From assembly GCF_900232105.1 (NCBI RefSeq), contig NZ_LT934425.1, positions 2,970,001-3,002,000 on the forward strand: a stretch of 32,000 nucleotides of DNA. The letters are read 5' to 3'. Position numbers and translations under genes: made by a program. The first letter of the stretch is position 1. Every line of letters begins with the position of its first letter. The notes under the pieces were generated by a model. It did not search any database. It was given only the letters and a program-made list of their open reading frames with translations, and was not told the DNA's origin. The DNA is from Candidatus Kuenenia stuttgartensis. GTDB taxonomy: Bacteria; Planctomycetota; Brocadiia; Brocadiales; Brocadiaceae. Below, in pieces: positions 16,871 through 26,653 of the stretch.

Positions 16871-18058
16871 TCAGGGGCTGGTAAGTGATTTGGCAAAATC
16901 ATATCCGAAGATTGAACACTTTTTCAAAATTTCTTCTGTAGGGATAAAATTAGCTTTTAGGGAAGGTTGCACAACATTTAACTTTAGGCCTCTTAAACGG
17001 TCTTCCATTAGTTTAACTGCTTCTCCGCTCCATCCATACGTGCCAAATGTTGCACATTTCCTGCCTTTAATGTTAAGACTAAATAAAATATTCATCATAT
17101 CCCACATGTGTTTTACCGCATCTCCATTCATTGTTGGCGAACCAAACAGCAACCCATCGGCAGATTCTATTTCGAACCGTGCATGTTCCGGAGAAATAGC
17201 GGCAACATCCAACAGCTTTGCTTCACTGCTTACCGTACAAGCGCCTTTTGCTATCGCCTCCGCCATTTTTTTTGTATTCCCATAGACAGATACATATAAA
17301 ATTACGATGAGTTTTTTGCTCCGGGGGGGGAGTGGCGTGCTCCACTCTTTATATGCCTTTATGTATTTTTGCGGGTCTGTTCTTAATATAGGGCCGTGGC
17401 TGGGAGCAATCATTTTTATGTCGAGTTGATTTGTTTTGTCTAACGCTTCAAGTATTTTTTTTCTGAAGGGACCCATTATGTGCTCAAAATAATATCTGAA
17501 ATCTTCAAAAAATTCATCCACCCTGTCATCAAAAAGCCTTTCATCGCAAAAATGGGTGGCAAATCCATCACAGGGAAACAGTATCGCATCGTCATGCAAA
17601 TAAGTAAACATGGTATCCGGCCAATGCCAGAATGGGGCATGAATAAACTGTAATTGTCTGTTTCCCAGAGAAATGCATTCGCCGTCCTCAACCGTTTTTC
17701 CGTTAAACTCAGAGTTAAGAATGTTTTTCAGAAACATTGAGGCGGTCTTTGTTGATAAGACCTGGGCATTTTTAGCTAGTTTTAATAGCTGTCCTAGCGA
17801 TCCGGTATGGTCCATTTCCGTGTGATTTACCACAATATAGCAAATGTCTTTAAGTGGTATTAACGATTGCAGTTTATTGAGATATTCAGGGGTAAATTTT
17901 TCATGAACGCCATCAATGATTGTTGGTTTATCCGCCATGATAAGATAGGAATTATACGTGCTGCCAAACCGGGTTTCAAAAACAACGTCGAAAGTCCTGA
18001 GGGTGGCATGTAAGACGCCTGTCCAATAAACGCTATTTGTAAGTTGCAATGTCTGCAT
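16871..18058 (-). CDS. fprA: Flavodiiron protein (metallo-beta-lactamase-like diiron domain plus flavodoxin domain)
   Basis: 395 aa with an ATG start. The diiron ligand motif is HTEMDH, and the C-terminal flavodoxin signature is LYVSVYGNTKKMAEAIA. Confidence 0.88.
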   Translation of the reverse strand: MQTLQLTNSVYWTGVLHATLRTFDVVFETRFGSTYNSYLIMADKPTIIDGVHEKFTPEYLNKLQSLIPLKDICYIVVNHTEMDHTGSLGQLLKLAKNAQVLSTKTASMFLKNILNSEFNGKTVEDGECISLGNRQLQFIHAPFWHWPDTMFTYLHDDAILFPCDGFATHFCDERLFDDRVDEFFEDFRYYFEHIMGPFRKKILEALDKTNQLDIKMIAPSHGPILRTDPQKYIKAYKEWSTPLPPRSKKLIVILYVSVYGNTKKMAEAIAKGACTVSSEAKLLDVAAISPEHARFEIESADGLLFGSPTMNGDAVKHMWDMMNILFSLNIKGRKCATFGTYGWSGEAVKLMEDRLRGLKLNVVQPSLKANFIPTEEILKKCSIFGYDFAKSLTSP

Positions 18059-18080
18059 TGATTATAAGAGATTAGCTGTT

Positions 18081-18102
18081 AACCCTGCCAGGGTTGTTTT
18101 TT
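18081..18102. repeat. Third copy of the 15-bp palindrome (AACCCTGCCAGGGTT) followed by GTTTTTTT
   Basis: It spans 18081-18095, 23 nt upstream of the fprA start codon. On the plus strand it looks like an intrinsic terminator, but no plus-strand gene precedes it. Confidence 0.8.
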
Positions 18103-18288
18103 TCTGAAATAAAAACGCCGAGGTAGTTATAAATACTTGCTGCGGGTTGCAAAACCTGAATTCGCCGGGAATGAAGTTTACGTAAAGTTTGGAGTATTGG
18201 GTTTTTTGTCATTTGAATTTGCTTCGTATTTTGATATTCGTATTCCGAATTTGGTTGCAGCTAAAGGCTGCGCTAAGGATTGTTTGTG

Positions 18289-18777
18289 TTATTGCCCTAT
18301 TTTATTTTTCACAAAATTCATCAACCCGCCCGATTGAATAATTTCCTGCATTTCGTGTGGAAATGGTTCAAAGGTAAAACGCCTGTTCAAGGTATGGTCA
18401 AAAATTTCGCTCTTTGTCAAATCCACCTCTATTTCATCTCCTTCTTTGATGTTATCCGCAGCTTCAGGACACTCGAAAATAAGCAGACCAATGTTTATAG
18501 CATTTCTGAAAAATATTCTGGCGAATGATTTTGCGATGACGCAGGAAATGCCTGCTGCTTTGATAGCGATCGGTGCATGTTCACGTGAAGACCCGCAACC
18601 AAAATTCTCTCCCGCTACAATAACATCTCCTTGTTTTATCTTTTTTATGAAATCAGGGTCGGCATCTTCCATGCAATGCTTTGCCAATTCATTTGGGTCT
18701 GTCGTATTCAAATACCGGGCCGGGATGATTTCATCGGTATTAATATTATTGCCAAACTTCCAACATTTATTTTTCAT
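18289..18777 (-). CDS. leuD: 3-isopropylmalate/homoaconitate dehydratase small subunit (short, archaeal-type LeuD)
   Basis: 162 aa with an ATG start. The aconitase swivel-domain signature is NINTDEIIPARYL...GENFGCGSSREHAP. Confidence 0.88.
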   Translation of the reverse strand: MKNKCWKFGNNINTDEIIPARYLNTTDPNELAKHCMEDADPDFIKKIKQGDVIVAGENFGCGSSREHAPIAIKAAGISCVIAKSFARIFFRNAINIGLLIFECPEAADNIKEGDEIEVDLTKSEIFDHTLNRRFTFEPFPHEMQEIIQSGGLMNFVKNKIGQ

Positions 18778-18840
18778 TTATTTTTTTGTTCTCATCCGGA
18801 AAAAGTTTACTGATGCCATTTACCATTTAGCTCCATTTTT

Positions 18841-21800
18841 TCATCCTGCCTTTGCATACGACTCAGAAACGGTTTTCGATGCAGGCGGATATTTTTTTAT
18901 CTCTTGTTTTTTTTGATTCAACCGGCACTCCATTCTTTGATAGGCCTGGTGCATAAAGGCTTCCAGCCGTGTTTCTTCGTTTGTTTGCTCCTGACCGTCA
19001 AAGGATAATTTCAGGCAGGGAATACCGGCATTCTCCCTTTGAAATCGCTCAAGTATCCCGTTTACTATTGTCCCCGGCATACAATGGAAAGGAATAATAT
19101 TTACAATACCATCGAATCCCTCTTCGGCATATTCAACTGCTTTCCCCATACTCAGCACAGGGTCTCCTTTATAGGAGTCGTCGATGTATTTTTTCCCTCT
19201 CCTTATAAGCTCTTTGATTGTTGCGTCCTTATAGAAATGCCTTATTTTGCCTTTAAAGATGTTTGTGAGTTTATATGCATCATATCTCTGTACAATCGCA
19301 GATATGAATTCCCCCAAATATCCCTTATAATTTTTTTCGTTAAGACATGATTCCCTGCGACAATGTGCAATATAGTTAATCCATTCTGCGAATGGAGGAT
19401 TAAAGGCCTCTCCATTTAGCCGTTCTATATTTTTGATGAGAAAATTGTTTGCAAAATCATTGAGCCGCACATAATTTTCGCCAATAATGCCAATCAACGG
19501 CCTCGGCTTACTCCTGTCTACCTTTATATTGGTAAATTCGTGCCTTGCTTCTCTTGCAATATCAAGCAGATTCATGCCTTTGTCCAGGGCCGATTCTGCT
19601 TTTCTAAGGTACTTCTCATATAAGGCGTCAGTTTCTCCCTTATTTATCTCATAAGGTCTTATTTCCCTTTGCAATTTCTGCATGAGATCGGTAAAAACAA
19701 TACCATTCCATGCAAGTTTTCTGAATCCTGTTCCCAGCCCTTTTGTATCTTCCTCATAATTTTCTCCCTGATCCAGTGTATATAAAGGAACATTCATAAG
19801 ACCTAGATCGTCCAGTACCATGCGTTGAAATTTATTGTACTGGCCGAATCTGCAAGGGCCTGAAGCCGTTGCCATAAGGAAGGCGCTTGCTTCCGGATCA
19901 AAATCGGGCGACATTGATTTTTTAACAATATCCCCTGTGGTAAGTATTGCGGGGTAGCACTCTTTTCCGGAAGTATACTTTCTTCCGATATCTACAGAAT
20001 TTTCGTCTGCCATGGGCATCGCTTCTGCCGGTACCCCGTTAGCCCTCATGGCGGCAGCGATCATTCTGCCATGATCACACATATGCGGAACATAAAGTGT
20101 TCTCTTTTTTCCGCCGGTAATTTGGCGTGTGGCGATATCTTCCTGCCGCCTCCTGGTTTTTGTTGCAGGTTTAACGTTTTTAAGGCTATCAATAAACGCC
20201 TCGCAACGGGTTATAGCGCCAACATCAGCGCTGTGTTCATCTATTTCTATGGTCAGGCATGGTTTCCCAGCCAGCTCCTTATAGAAAAATTTGGAGATAA
20301 ATGAATCAGGGCCGCAGCCAAAGTTTGTGATATATAAAGGATAGAGCCTCTTGTCTTTTGCAATCAACCTTGCGGCGGCAATAAACCTTTGCCCTGTTTT
20401 CCAGTACATATTAGGGTAATCGTGCGAAACTTCTTCAATGTCCAGCGTCAAATAGTCAAGAGGTATAACTAGTATTCCCAGGTCGCGTAATTTTTCCGGA
20501 AGACCAAGATTCATTCCCGTATCGCACCCATTGTACGATCTGCTAATCAGGATAAAAGCCTTTTCATCATCCGCAATAGTATCTAAAATTTCTTTTCCGC
20601 GTGCCTCTAATTTTTCAGTGAAAGCGCTCTGCGCTTCAAGTGCCGTTTCGATTGCCTTTTCTACAACGCCTCCGGTTACTCCAACGCTTTTCGCAATTTT
20701 ATGGAGGGTTTTTACCAGAAATTCCATTCCATATTCGAAATGAATCACGGGCGATAGTGTCTTGAACCCGCGTTTATCCAAATCGATGCCTGAACGCACG
20801 AGGTATGGTATACATTGCACATAGGGACAGGCATATGAATGAGTAATATTCTTACTGGAGTGTGTTAAATTTATAACGCTGGGCAAAAATAAATAATCAA
20901 TTTCCCTTTCCAGCATATCAATGACATGCCCATGGGCGACCTTTATGGGAAAGCATGTTTCTGCCGTAATAACCTCAACGCCATTATAAATAATGTCCTT
21001 GTTTGTATCACGGGAAGTAATCACCTCGAGACCCATTTCGGTAAAAAACGCTTTCCACATGGGAAACAAATCATAAAAAGTGGATACCTGCGGTATCCCT
21101 ATTTTCTTCCCCAAGGGGTTTTGGGGTTTATTTTTTGGATAAGTATTATATAGCGCCTGTTTTCTTTCATTGAAAAGCCTTGGCAAATGCTTCCCCTTTT
21201 TTAACGTCCTTTCGTCATCGAATTTTCCGCACCGGCTTCCGTAATGAAGGGGGTCTTCTCCTTCGATGCTGACCTTTCTTATTTCGCAAATATTTGAACA
21301 ATCTTTGCAAACAAAAGAGGAGAGTTCATATCGTTTGTGCCTGATATCAAATCCTCTAAACCGTGATTTCTCCCATGTTTTCTCTTCCATTGCAATAATG
21401 GCGGAACCGATTGCCCCCATAATATCATGGTGTGGAGGCACAATTACTTTTTTACCGGTTACTTTTTCAAATGCAGATTTTACTCCACGGTTTGCTGCTA
21501 CCCCTCCCTGGAAAAAAATGGTGTTTCCAATAGGGCGGTCTTCAACAACCCTGTTTATGAAATTGAGTACAACGGAATAGCTCAAGCCGGCAAGCAGGTC
21601 TTCCTTCGAGGTACCTCCCTGCTGATGATGATTTAAATCAGATTCCATAAATACCGTACATCTCTCGCCAAGATGCGACGGGCAGCATGATGAAAGTGCG
21701 CGGTCATTAAATTCTTTCTTTATATTTACATTCAGTTTTTCCGCCTGTTCTTCCAGGAATGAACCGGTACCTGCCGCACATACCTTGTTCATGGCAAAAT

Positions 21801-23133
21801 CCACGACAGCGCCATTTTCCAGCCGGACAAATTTTGAATCCTGTCCGCCGATTTCAAAGATCGTATCGACATCCTTATTTACACTTGCTGCAGCAGTGGC
21901 ATGGGCGGTAATTTCGTTTTTAGCGATATCGGCGCCGATAAAATCCCCCGTTAAATAACGTCCCGAACCTGTCGTCCCTGCCCCGTTGATAACAACCCTG
22001 TCGCCAATTTCCAGTCCCACCTCATAAAGGCCATGTTTTACCGCTTCAAGCGGCCTTCCGGCGGTCATAAGATAACGCCTTGCCAGGATGTTTTTGTGTT
22101 TGTCGATAACCACAACATTCGTACTGATGGAACCTACATCGATACCTACATATGCCTCGACTTTCCCGTTTTCATCAAGATGATGCGTCTGGTCAACAAT
22201 TTTATAATTATCCGAACGAAGAGGTTCGAGATTTGATGCTTTTGAACTGCGGTTTTTAAAATATTCCTCTATTGCCTTCAGACCACGGAATGGCGACTTT
22301 ATTTCCTTATCTATCAGAGTAAATACCGAACCAATCGCCCCCATTACCTTGTAATACTGCGGAATAACCAGTTCTCCGGATTTTAATTCCAATATATCTT
22401 CAAATGCCTTAACCATCCCGGAATTTGCAACAACACCTCCCTGGAAAGCAATGGGTTTTACAAATTCCTTGCCCTTGCCGATGTTACTTTTAAAATTCCT
22501 TGCCATTGCATAGCACAGCCCTGCGACGATGTCGTAAACCGGCGTGCCTTCCTGCTGTAAGTGTATCATATCTGTTTTGGCAAACACACTGCAGCGACCG
22601 GCAATACGCGGGGGGTTTTTTGATTTTAAGGCAAGTTCCCCAAATTCTTTTTCTATGGAGACCCCAAGCCTTGCCGCCTGTTGGTCCAGAAATGAACCGG
22701 TGCCGGCTGCACACATTGTATTCATTGAAAAATCAGAGACTTTCGTCTGGCCGGTTGATTCGTCACGTTCAATAAGCATTAGCTTGGAATCTTCTCCGCC
22801 AATTTCAATAATTGTGCGGACATCAGGGTGTAACGTTGTCGCGGCCTTACTATGCGCAACAACTTCATTTATAAAGGCGATATCCATTAATCCGGCTATT
22901 AACTTCCCGCCGGTCCCGGTTATTGCAATGCCGTCAATATCGTCCATATGTGTCCTGTTGAGCATATCTCTTATTACCAGGAGGAACGTTTCGACCGGCT
23001 GCCCGTGTGAACGAACGTAATGATCTTCTAATATCTCTTTTCTTTCATTAATTAAAACTGCTTTTATACTGACAGAACCAATGTCCACGCCTATATATTT
23101 TTTTTGATACATACGTTTATCTGTTCCCTTCAT
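18841..23133 (-). CDS. Fusion of two BadF/BadG/BcrA/BcrD (HgdC-like) ATPase domains with a 2-hydroxyacyl-CoA-dehydratase-related C-terminal region (CoA-substrate-specific enzyme activase family)
   Basis: About 1430 aa. There are two ASKHA ATPase units (YIGVDIGSVSIK...CAAGTGSFLD; YVGIDVGSISTN...CAAGTGSFLEE), a Cys-rich linker (CKDCSNICEI...SRCGKFDD), then a long HgdB/DUF2229-like region. ATG 23133 is preferred over the track's TTG 23136; ATG 23112 is also possible. Confidence 0.85.
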   Translation of the reverse strand: MKGTDKRMYQKKYIGVDIGSVSIKAVLINERKEILEDHYVRSHGQPVETFLLVIRDMLNRTHMDDIDGIAITGTGGKLIAGLMDIAFINEVVAHSKAATTLHPDVRTIIEIGGEDSKLMLIERDESTGQTKVSDFSMNTMCAAGTGSFLDQQAARLGVSIEKEFGELALKSKNPPRIAGRCSVFAKTDMIHLQQEGTPVYDIVAGLCYAMARNFKSNIGKGKEFVKPIAFQGGVVANSGMVKAFEDILELKSGELVIPQYYKVMGAIGSVFTLIDKEIKSPFRGLKAIEEYFKNRSSKASNLEPLRSDNYKIVDQTHHLDENGKVEAYVGIDVGSISTNVVVIDKHKNILARRYLMTAGRPLEAVKHGLYEVGLEIGDRVVINGAGTTGSGRYLTGDFIGADIAKNEITAHATAAASVNKDVDTIFEIGGQDSKFVRLENGAVVDFAMNKVCAAGTGSFLEEQAEKLNVNIKKEFNDRALSSCCPSHLGERCTVFMESDLNHHQQGGTSKEDLLAGLSYSVVLNFINRVVEDRPIGNTIFFQGGVAANRGVKSAFEKVTGKKVIVPPHHDIMGAIGSAIIAMEEKTWEKSRFRGFDIRHKRYELSSFVCKDCSNICEIRKVSIEGEDPLHYGSRCGKFDDERTLKKGKHLPRLFNERKQALYNTYPKNKPQNPLGKKIGIPQVSTFYDLFPMWKAFFTEMGLEVITSRDTNKDIIYNGVEVITAETCFPIKVAHGHVIDMLEREIDYLFLPSVINLTHSSKNITHSYACPYVQCIPYLVRSGIDLDKRGFKTLSPVIHFEYGMEFLVKTLHKIAKSVGVTGGVVEKAIETALEAQSAFTEKLEARGKEILDTIADDEKAFILISRSYNGCDTGMNLGLPEKLRDLGILVIPLDYLTLDIEEVSHDYPNMYWKTGQRFIAAARLIAKDKRLYPLYITNFGCGPDSFISKFFYKELAGKPCLTIEIDEHSADVGAITRCEAFIDSLKNVKPATKTRRRQEDIATRQITGGKKRTLYVPHMCDHGRMIAAAMRANGVPAEAMPMADENSVDIGRKYTSGKECYPAILTTGDIVKKSMSPDFDPEASAFLMATASGPCRFGQYNKFQRMVLDDLGLMNVPLYTLDQGENYEEDTKGLGTGFRKLAWNGIVFTDLMQKLQREIRPYEINKGETDALYEKYLRKAESALDKGMNLLDIAREARHEFTNIKVDRSKPRPLIGIIGENYVRLNDFANNFLIKNIERLNGEAFNPPFAEWINYIAHCRRESCLNEKNYKGYLGEFISAIVQRYDAYKLTNIFKGKIRHFYKDATIKELIRRGKKYIDDSYKGDPVLSMGKAVEYAEEGFDGIVNIIPFHCMPGTIVNGILERFQRENAGIPCLKLSFDGQEQTNEETRLEAFMHQAYQRMECRLNQKKQEIKKYPPASKTVSESYAKAG

Positions 23134-23226
23134 CAATTTATTACCTTAATCCTGCACCAAAAATGATATTTTTCGTGCAAATAATTTCTTGAACTCATCT
23201 TAACACATACAATTGCAGTTATTTAT

Positions 23227-23323
23227 ACCTTACAGGTTCACAAATTACGAAATGTAGAGCGAAGAGTTTCTTCGTTCTACAACAGCAACTTTTAAGAAAT
23301 CACAATTTGTGAGTCCGTAAGGT
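23227..23323. repeat. 97-bp nested imperfect palindrome in the leuC-activase spacer
   Basis: The outer arms at 23227-23246 and 23304-23323 are complementary at 17/20 positions. The inner hairpin is TGTAGAGCGAAG (23253-23264) / CTTCGTTCTACA (23270-23281), 11/12 plus a possible G-U pair, with a 5-nt loop. Confidence 0.8.
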
Positions 23324-23476
23324 GTGCAAATATTTAAAATCTGGCAATCGCTTGAAACCCTTACAAATACCGGCTAAGACAGATGCTTTGTTTTATGCTG
23401 CTTCTATAGGGCAGCCGAAAATCATAGAGAGAAGTATCACTAATGCTGGATATTAAACGGTTTTGCAAGCCTATGG

Positions 23477-24769
23477 TCAAATAGAAGGTATTTTTGTGCA
23501 AGATTCAGGCCGCATTTCACTTGGTGGTGTTATTTTGCCGGTAATAGCAGACGCAGCAGCCACTGCAGGACTACAAAGATATATTTCGCTCTTTGGATGT
23601 CCCATGCGGCCAACAAAATTACGGTTTGTAGTGGTAAGTGCCCTTTCCCCTTCTGCCAGTATTCCCATATGACCGCCAAGGCACGGGCCGCATGTAGGTG
23701 TTGAGACAACTGCTTCTGCGTCAATAAATATTTCAATAAGCCCTTCTTTTAACGCCTGTTTATATATTTCCTGAGTAGCCGGAATTATAATCAACCGGAG
23801 AGAAGGATGTGCCTTTTTCCCTTTTAATATTTTTGCCGCTATCCGCAAATCTGATATCCTGCCGTTAGTGCATGAACCAATAACTACCTGGTCTATTTTA
23901 ATTCCACAGACATCATAAACGGATTTTGTGTTTTCTGGAAGACTGGGTAGGGCGACTTGCGGAACGATTTCCTCCGCGTTGAATTCATATACCTTTGAAT
24001 AATGGCTGTCGGGGTCGCTATGATATGCCACATATTCCCTTTTAACTCTTCCGGCGACATAATTTTCCGTAATTTTATCGGGAGCAATAATTCCGCTTTT
24101 TGCCCCGGCTTCAATCGCCATGTTGCATATGGTAAAGCGGTCATCCATTGGTAAATCGGATATGGCGGTCCCTGTAAACTCCATTGCTTTATAGAGCGCC
24201 CCGTCAACGCCAATTTTCCCGATGGTATATAGTATGAAATCCTTTCCCGACGTCCAGTTTCTTGCCTTACCATGAAAAACGAACTTAATCGATTCCGGCA
24301 CTTTAAGCCATACCTTTCCTGTTGCAAAACATGCGGCCAGGTCTGTACTGCCTATCCCGGTTGAAAATGCCCCCAGCGCTCCATAGGTACAAGTATGAGA
24401 GTCTGCCCCAATTACTAATTCTCCCGGGGCGACAATGCCCTGCTCCGGGAGCAAGGCATGTTCGATTCCCATGCGTCCAATCTCAAAATAATGTTTTAAA
24501 TGGTGTTTTTCAGCAAATACACGGAGTGATTTTGATTGTTGGGCGGATTGAATATCCTTATTCGGCGTGAAATGATCCGGTACTAAAACAATTTTTTCGG
24601 GGTCAAAAACTTTTTTAATGCCCGCCTTTTCGAATTCCTCAATGGCAATTGGGGCGGTTATATCGTTTCCGAGGCAAACATCTACATTTGCATAAACGAA
24701 TTGTCCCGGACGTACTTCCCTCTCGCCACAATGCGCAGCGATAATCTTCTCTGTTATTGTCATTCCCAT
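23477..24769 (-). CDS. leuC: 3-isopropylmalate/homoaconitate dehydratase large subunit (archaeal-type LeuC)
   Basis: About 430 aa. It has aconitase-family motifs ([33 protein letters not shown]). The track start at 24790 is a TTG; ATG 24769 or 24763 ([11 protein letters not shown]) fits the family N-terminus. Confidence 0.88.
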   Translation of the reverse strand: MGMTITEKIIAAHCGEREVRPGQFVYANVDVCLGNDITAPIAIEEFEKAGIKKVFDPEKIVLVPDHFTPNKDIQSAQQSKSLRVFAEKHHLKHYFEIGRMGIEHALLPEQGIVAPGELVIGADSHTCTYGALGAFSTGIGSTDLAACFATGKVWLKVPESIKFVFHGKARNWTSGKDFILYTIGKIGVDGALYKAMEFTGTAISDLPMDDRFTICNMAIEAGAKSGIIAPDKITENYVAGRVKREYVAYHSDPDSHYSKVYEFNAEEIVPQVALPSLPENTKSVYDVCGIKIDQVVIGSCTNGRISDLRIAAKILKGKKAHPSLRLIIIPATQEIYKQALKEGLIEIFIDAEAVVSTPTCGPCLGGHMGILAEGERALTTTNRNFVGRMGHPKSEIYLCSPAVAAASAITGKITPPSEMRPESCTKIPSI

Positions 24770-24849
24770 AAATTGTACTCTGCATGGCAATACTTCCGTC
24801 TTTTCTCACTAAAGGAAGTGGTTGTTTTTGTAAATAAAGTATAAAAAAA

Positions 24850-25176
24850 CTAATTTTCTGAAAATCGTGTTCTATTCCATGATTTTAAAAACAGGGGGTC
24901 TTGTAAATATTTTTTATGACACTTATGACACAAATCAAAGCGGAATGTTTTGTACTCTTCTTCCTCTCTATCATCACCAAGCTCTTCCCCATCCACCCGG
25001 TCATTTTCATCGTCGTCGTCATCATCGTCATCTTCCATTTCCCAAAGTTCTTCATCAAGGTCATCTTCTGTATCCATTGCGTCGCAAGTAGCGTATACTT
25101 CAATTTTTACAACATAACGTATATCCTCACCCGCAAGTAACGGTTTCCCACACATATCACATGTATAGTGCACCAT
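24850..25176 (-). CDS. Small acidic protein with a split CxxC...CxxC zinc ribbon
   Basis: 108 aa from ATG 25176, with a strong SD (GGAGGA, 7-nt spacer). It has CDMC at the N-terminus and CHKC near the C-terminus, separated by about 55 residues dominated by D/E, including a D8 run. I do not recognise a family. Confidence 0.6.
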   Translation of the reverse strand: MVHYTCDMCGKPLLAGEDIRYVVKIEVYATCDAMDTEDDLDEELWEMEDDDDDDDDENDRVDGEELGDDREEEEYKTFRFDLCHKCHKKYLQDPLFLKSWNRTRFSEN

Positions 25177-25372
25177 CAATGTTCCTCCAAAGAAAAAAAA
25201 TCATTTTACTAAAGTTAAGTTGTTTTGACACAATTCAATACGGTGAATAAGTGATTGAGTCTGTATTATTTATCAAAAACCAAATCAGACATCACCTTCC
25301 CTTCGGCTGGCATACTAAATCATGTCACGGATAATTATACTGCAATAATTATCCCCCTTGGATAAACCCAAT

Positions 25373-26221
25373 TTACGCCATTGATCGAAGCCTTTTTACT
25401 CTCTCCTCAATTGGCGGATGCGTACTAAAAAGCGAAGCAAATGAACGACCGCTTAATGGATTTACTATAAACAGATGTGCGGATGACGTTCCCGCATCTA
25501 ACGGCCTGACCCTCGCGGCCTGGTGCAGTTTTTCAAGGGCGCTAGCCAATCCTGCCGGATTACGTGCCATAAGCGCTCCGCTTTTATCCGCGGCATATTC
25601 TCTTGAACGTGATATAGCCATTTGTATCAGCAAAGCAGCAATAGGAGCTACTATGGCGAGAGCTATGAGACCGACTACGCCTCCTCCCCCGCTATCGTCA
25701 TCATCATGCCTTCCAAAGCCGCCAAACATGGCAGTCCATTGCGCCATATTCGCCAGCATGGTAATTGCGCCGGCTATCGTCGCAACAATAGTACATATTA
25801 AAATATCTCTGTTTTTAACGTGAGAAAGCTCATGTGCCAGGACGCCTTTTAACTCTTCATGCGTTAAAGAGTTTAACAACCCTTCCGTGACTGCTATGGC
25901 GGCGTGCCCAGGGTTTCTACCGGTGGCAAAGGCATTCATCGCCTGAGTGGGGATAATATACAAATTTGGCATGGGCAATGCGGCATTTGCGGTGAGTTCT
26001 TTCACCAGCGCAAAATACTTCGGTGAATCTTGTCCTGTAATCTGGCGTGCACGGTATATTTTCAGGACGATTTTATCACTGTACCAATAACTAAAAAAAT
26101 TCATCCCCATTGCAATCGCAAAAGCAAAAACCGCCCCCTGCCTACCGCCAAAAATACTTCCGGCCCAAACGAGTATCAGGGTTAATACTACGAGTAGAAC
26201 CGCTGTTTTGAAATAATTCAT
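25373..26221 (-). CDS. htpX: Membrane zinc metalloprotease HtpX (M48 family)
   Basis: 282 aa with an ATG start and [10 protein letters not shown] (HExxH). There are four hydrophobic segments, and the C-terminus is [10 protein letters not shown]. Confidence 0.9.
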   Translation of the reverse strand: MNYFKTAVLLVVLTLILVWAGSIFGGRQGAVFAFAIAMGMNFFSYWYSDKIVLKIYRARQITGQDSPKYFALVKELTANAALPMPNLYIIPTQAMNAFATGRNPGHAAIAVTEGLLNSLTHEELKGVLAHELSHVKNRDILICTIVATIAGAITMLANMAQWTAMFGGFGRHDDDDSGGGGVVGLIALAIVAPIAALLIQMAISRSREYAADKSGALMARNPAGLASALEKLHQAARVRPLDAGTSSAHLFIVNPLSGRSFASLFSTHPPIEERVKRLRSMA

Positions 26222-26653
26222 ATCTGCTACTCCAAAACAATAACTATGGAGGAAAAATTACTTTGCCATTACAAAGGCCTGTTCAAAAATTTATTATTCT
26301 CGAACATTTTCAGACCTCAAAGACCTCAAAAGTCATTATAAATGTCACCTATTTTTTGTCAAGCAATTAAATAGGCAGGCCAATGCAGCATTATTTGTTT
26401 TTATAAAGACAATATAGCATGTGGTATATAACAACTTACATACACTAAATATACGACTTATTTACTTCCATATTTCTCTGCCAGGGCATTTTTTCTCTAA
26501 GGATTGTTTCTCAGGTAAAAACAAAAGGTTAATTTACGTATAGTATTACTATTGGCTAACTTATATGAATATTCGCCGTCTGATTATCTCCTGTTCGATA
26601 CATCGGGCTATCTTCTTGTTTTCATTATTTACAAAAGACGGCAAAACATACCA

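Noticed and set aside
22490-23020. Plus- and minus-strand ORFs of 74-158 aa inside the activase gene. Similar cases are 18446..18916, 16851..17285, 23893..24327 and 5104..5635.
   Set aside because: All overlap strongly supported genes in other frames or strands and have no start-site support or motifs. I treat them as spurious.
25330-25353. A perfect AT-rich hairpin, GATAATTAT-ACTGCA-ATAATTATC, 19 nt downstream of the htpX stop, considered as a terminator.
   Set aside because: The stem is entirely weak A-T rich pairing with a single G-C pair, and no U-tract follows on the minus strand. That is not enough to call an intrinsic terminator.
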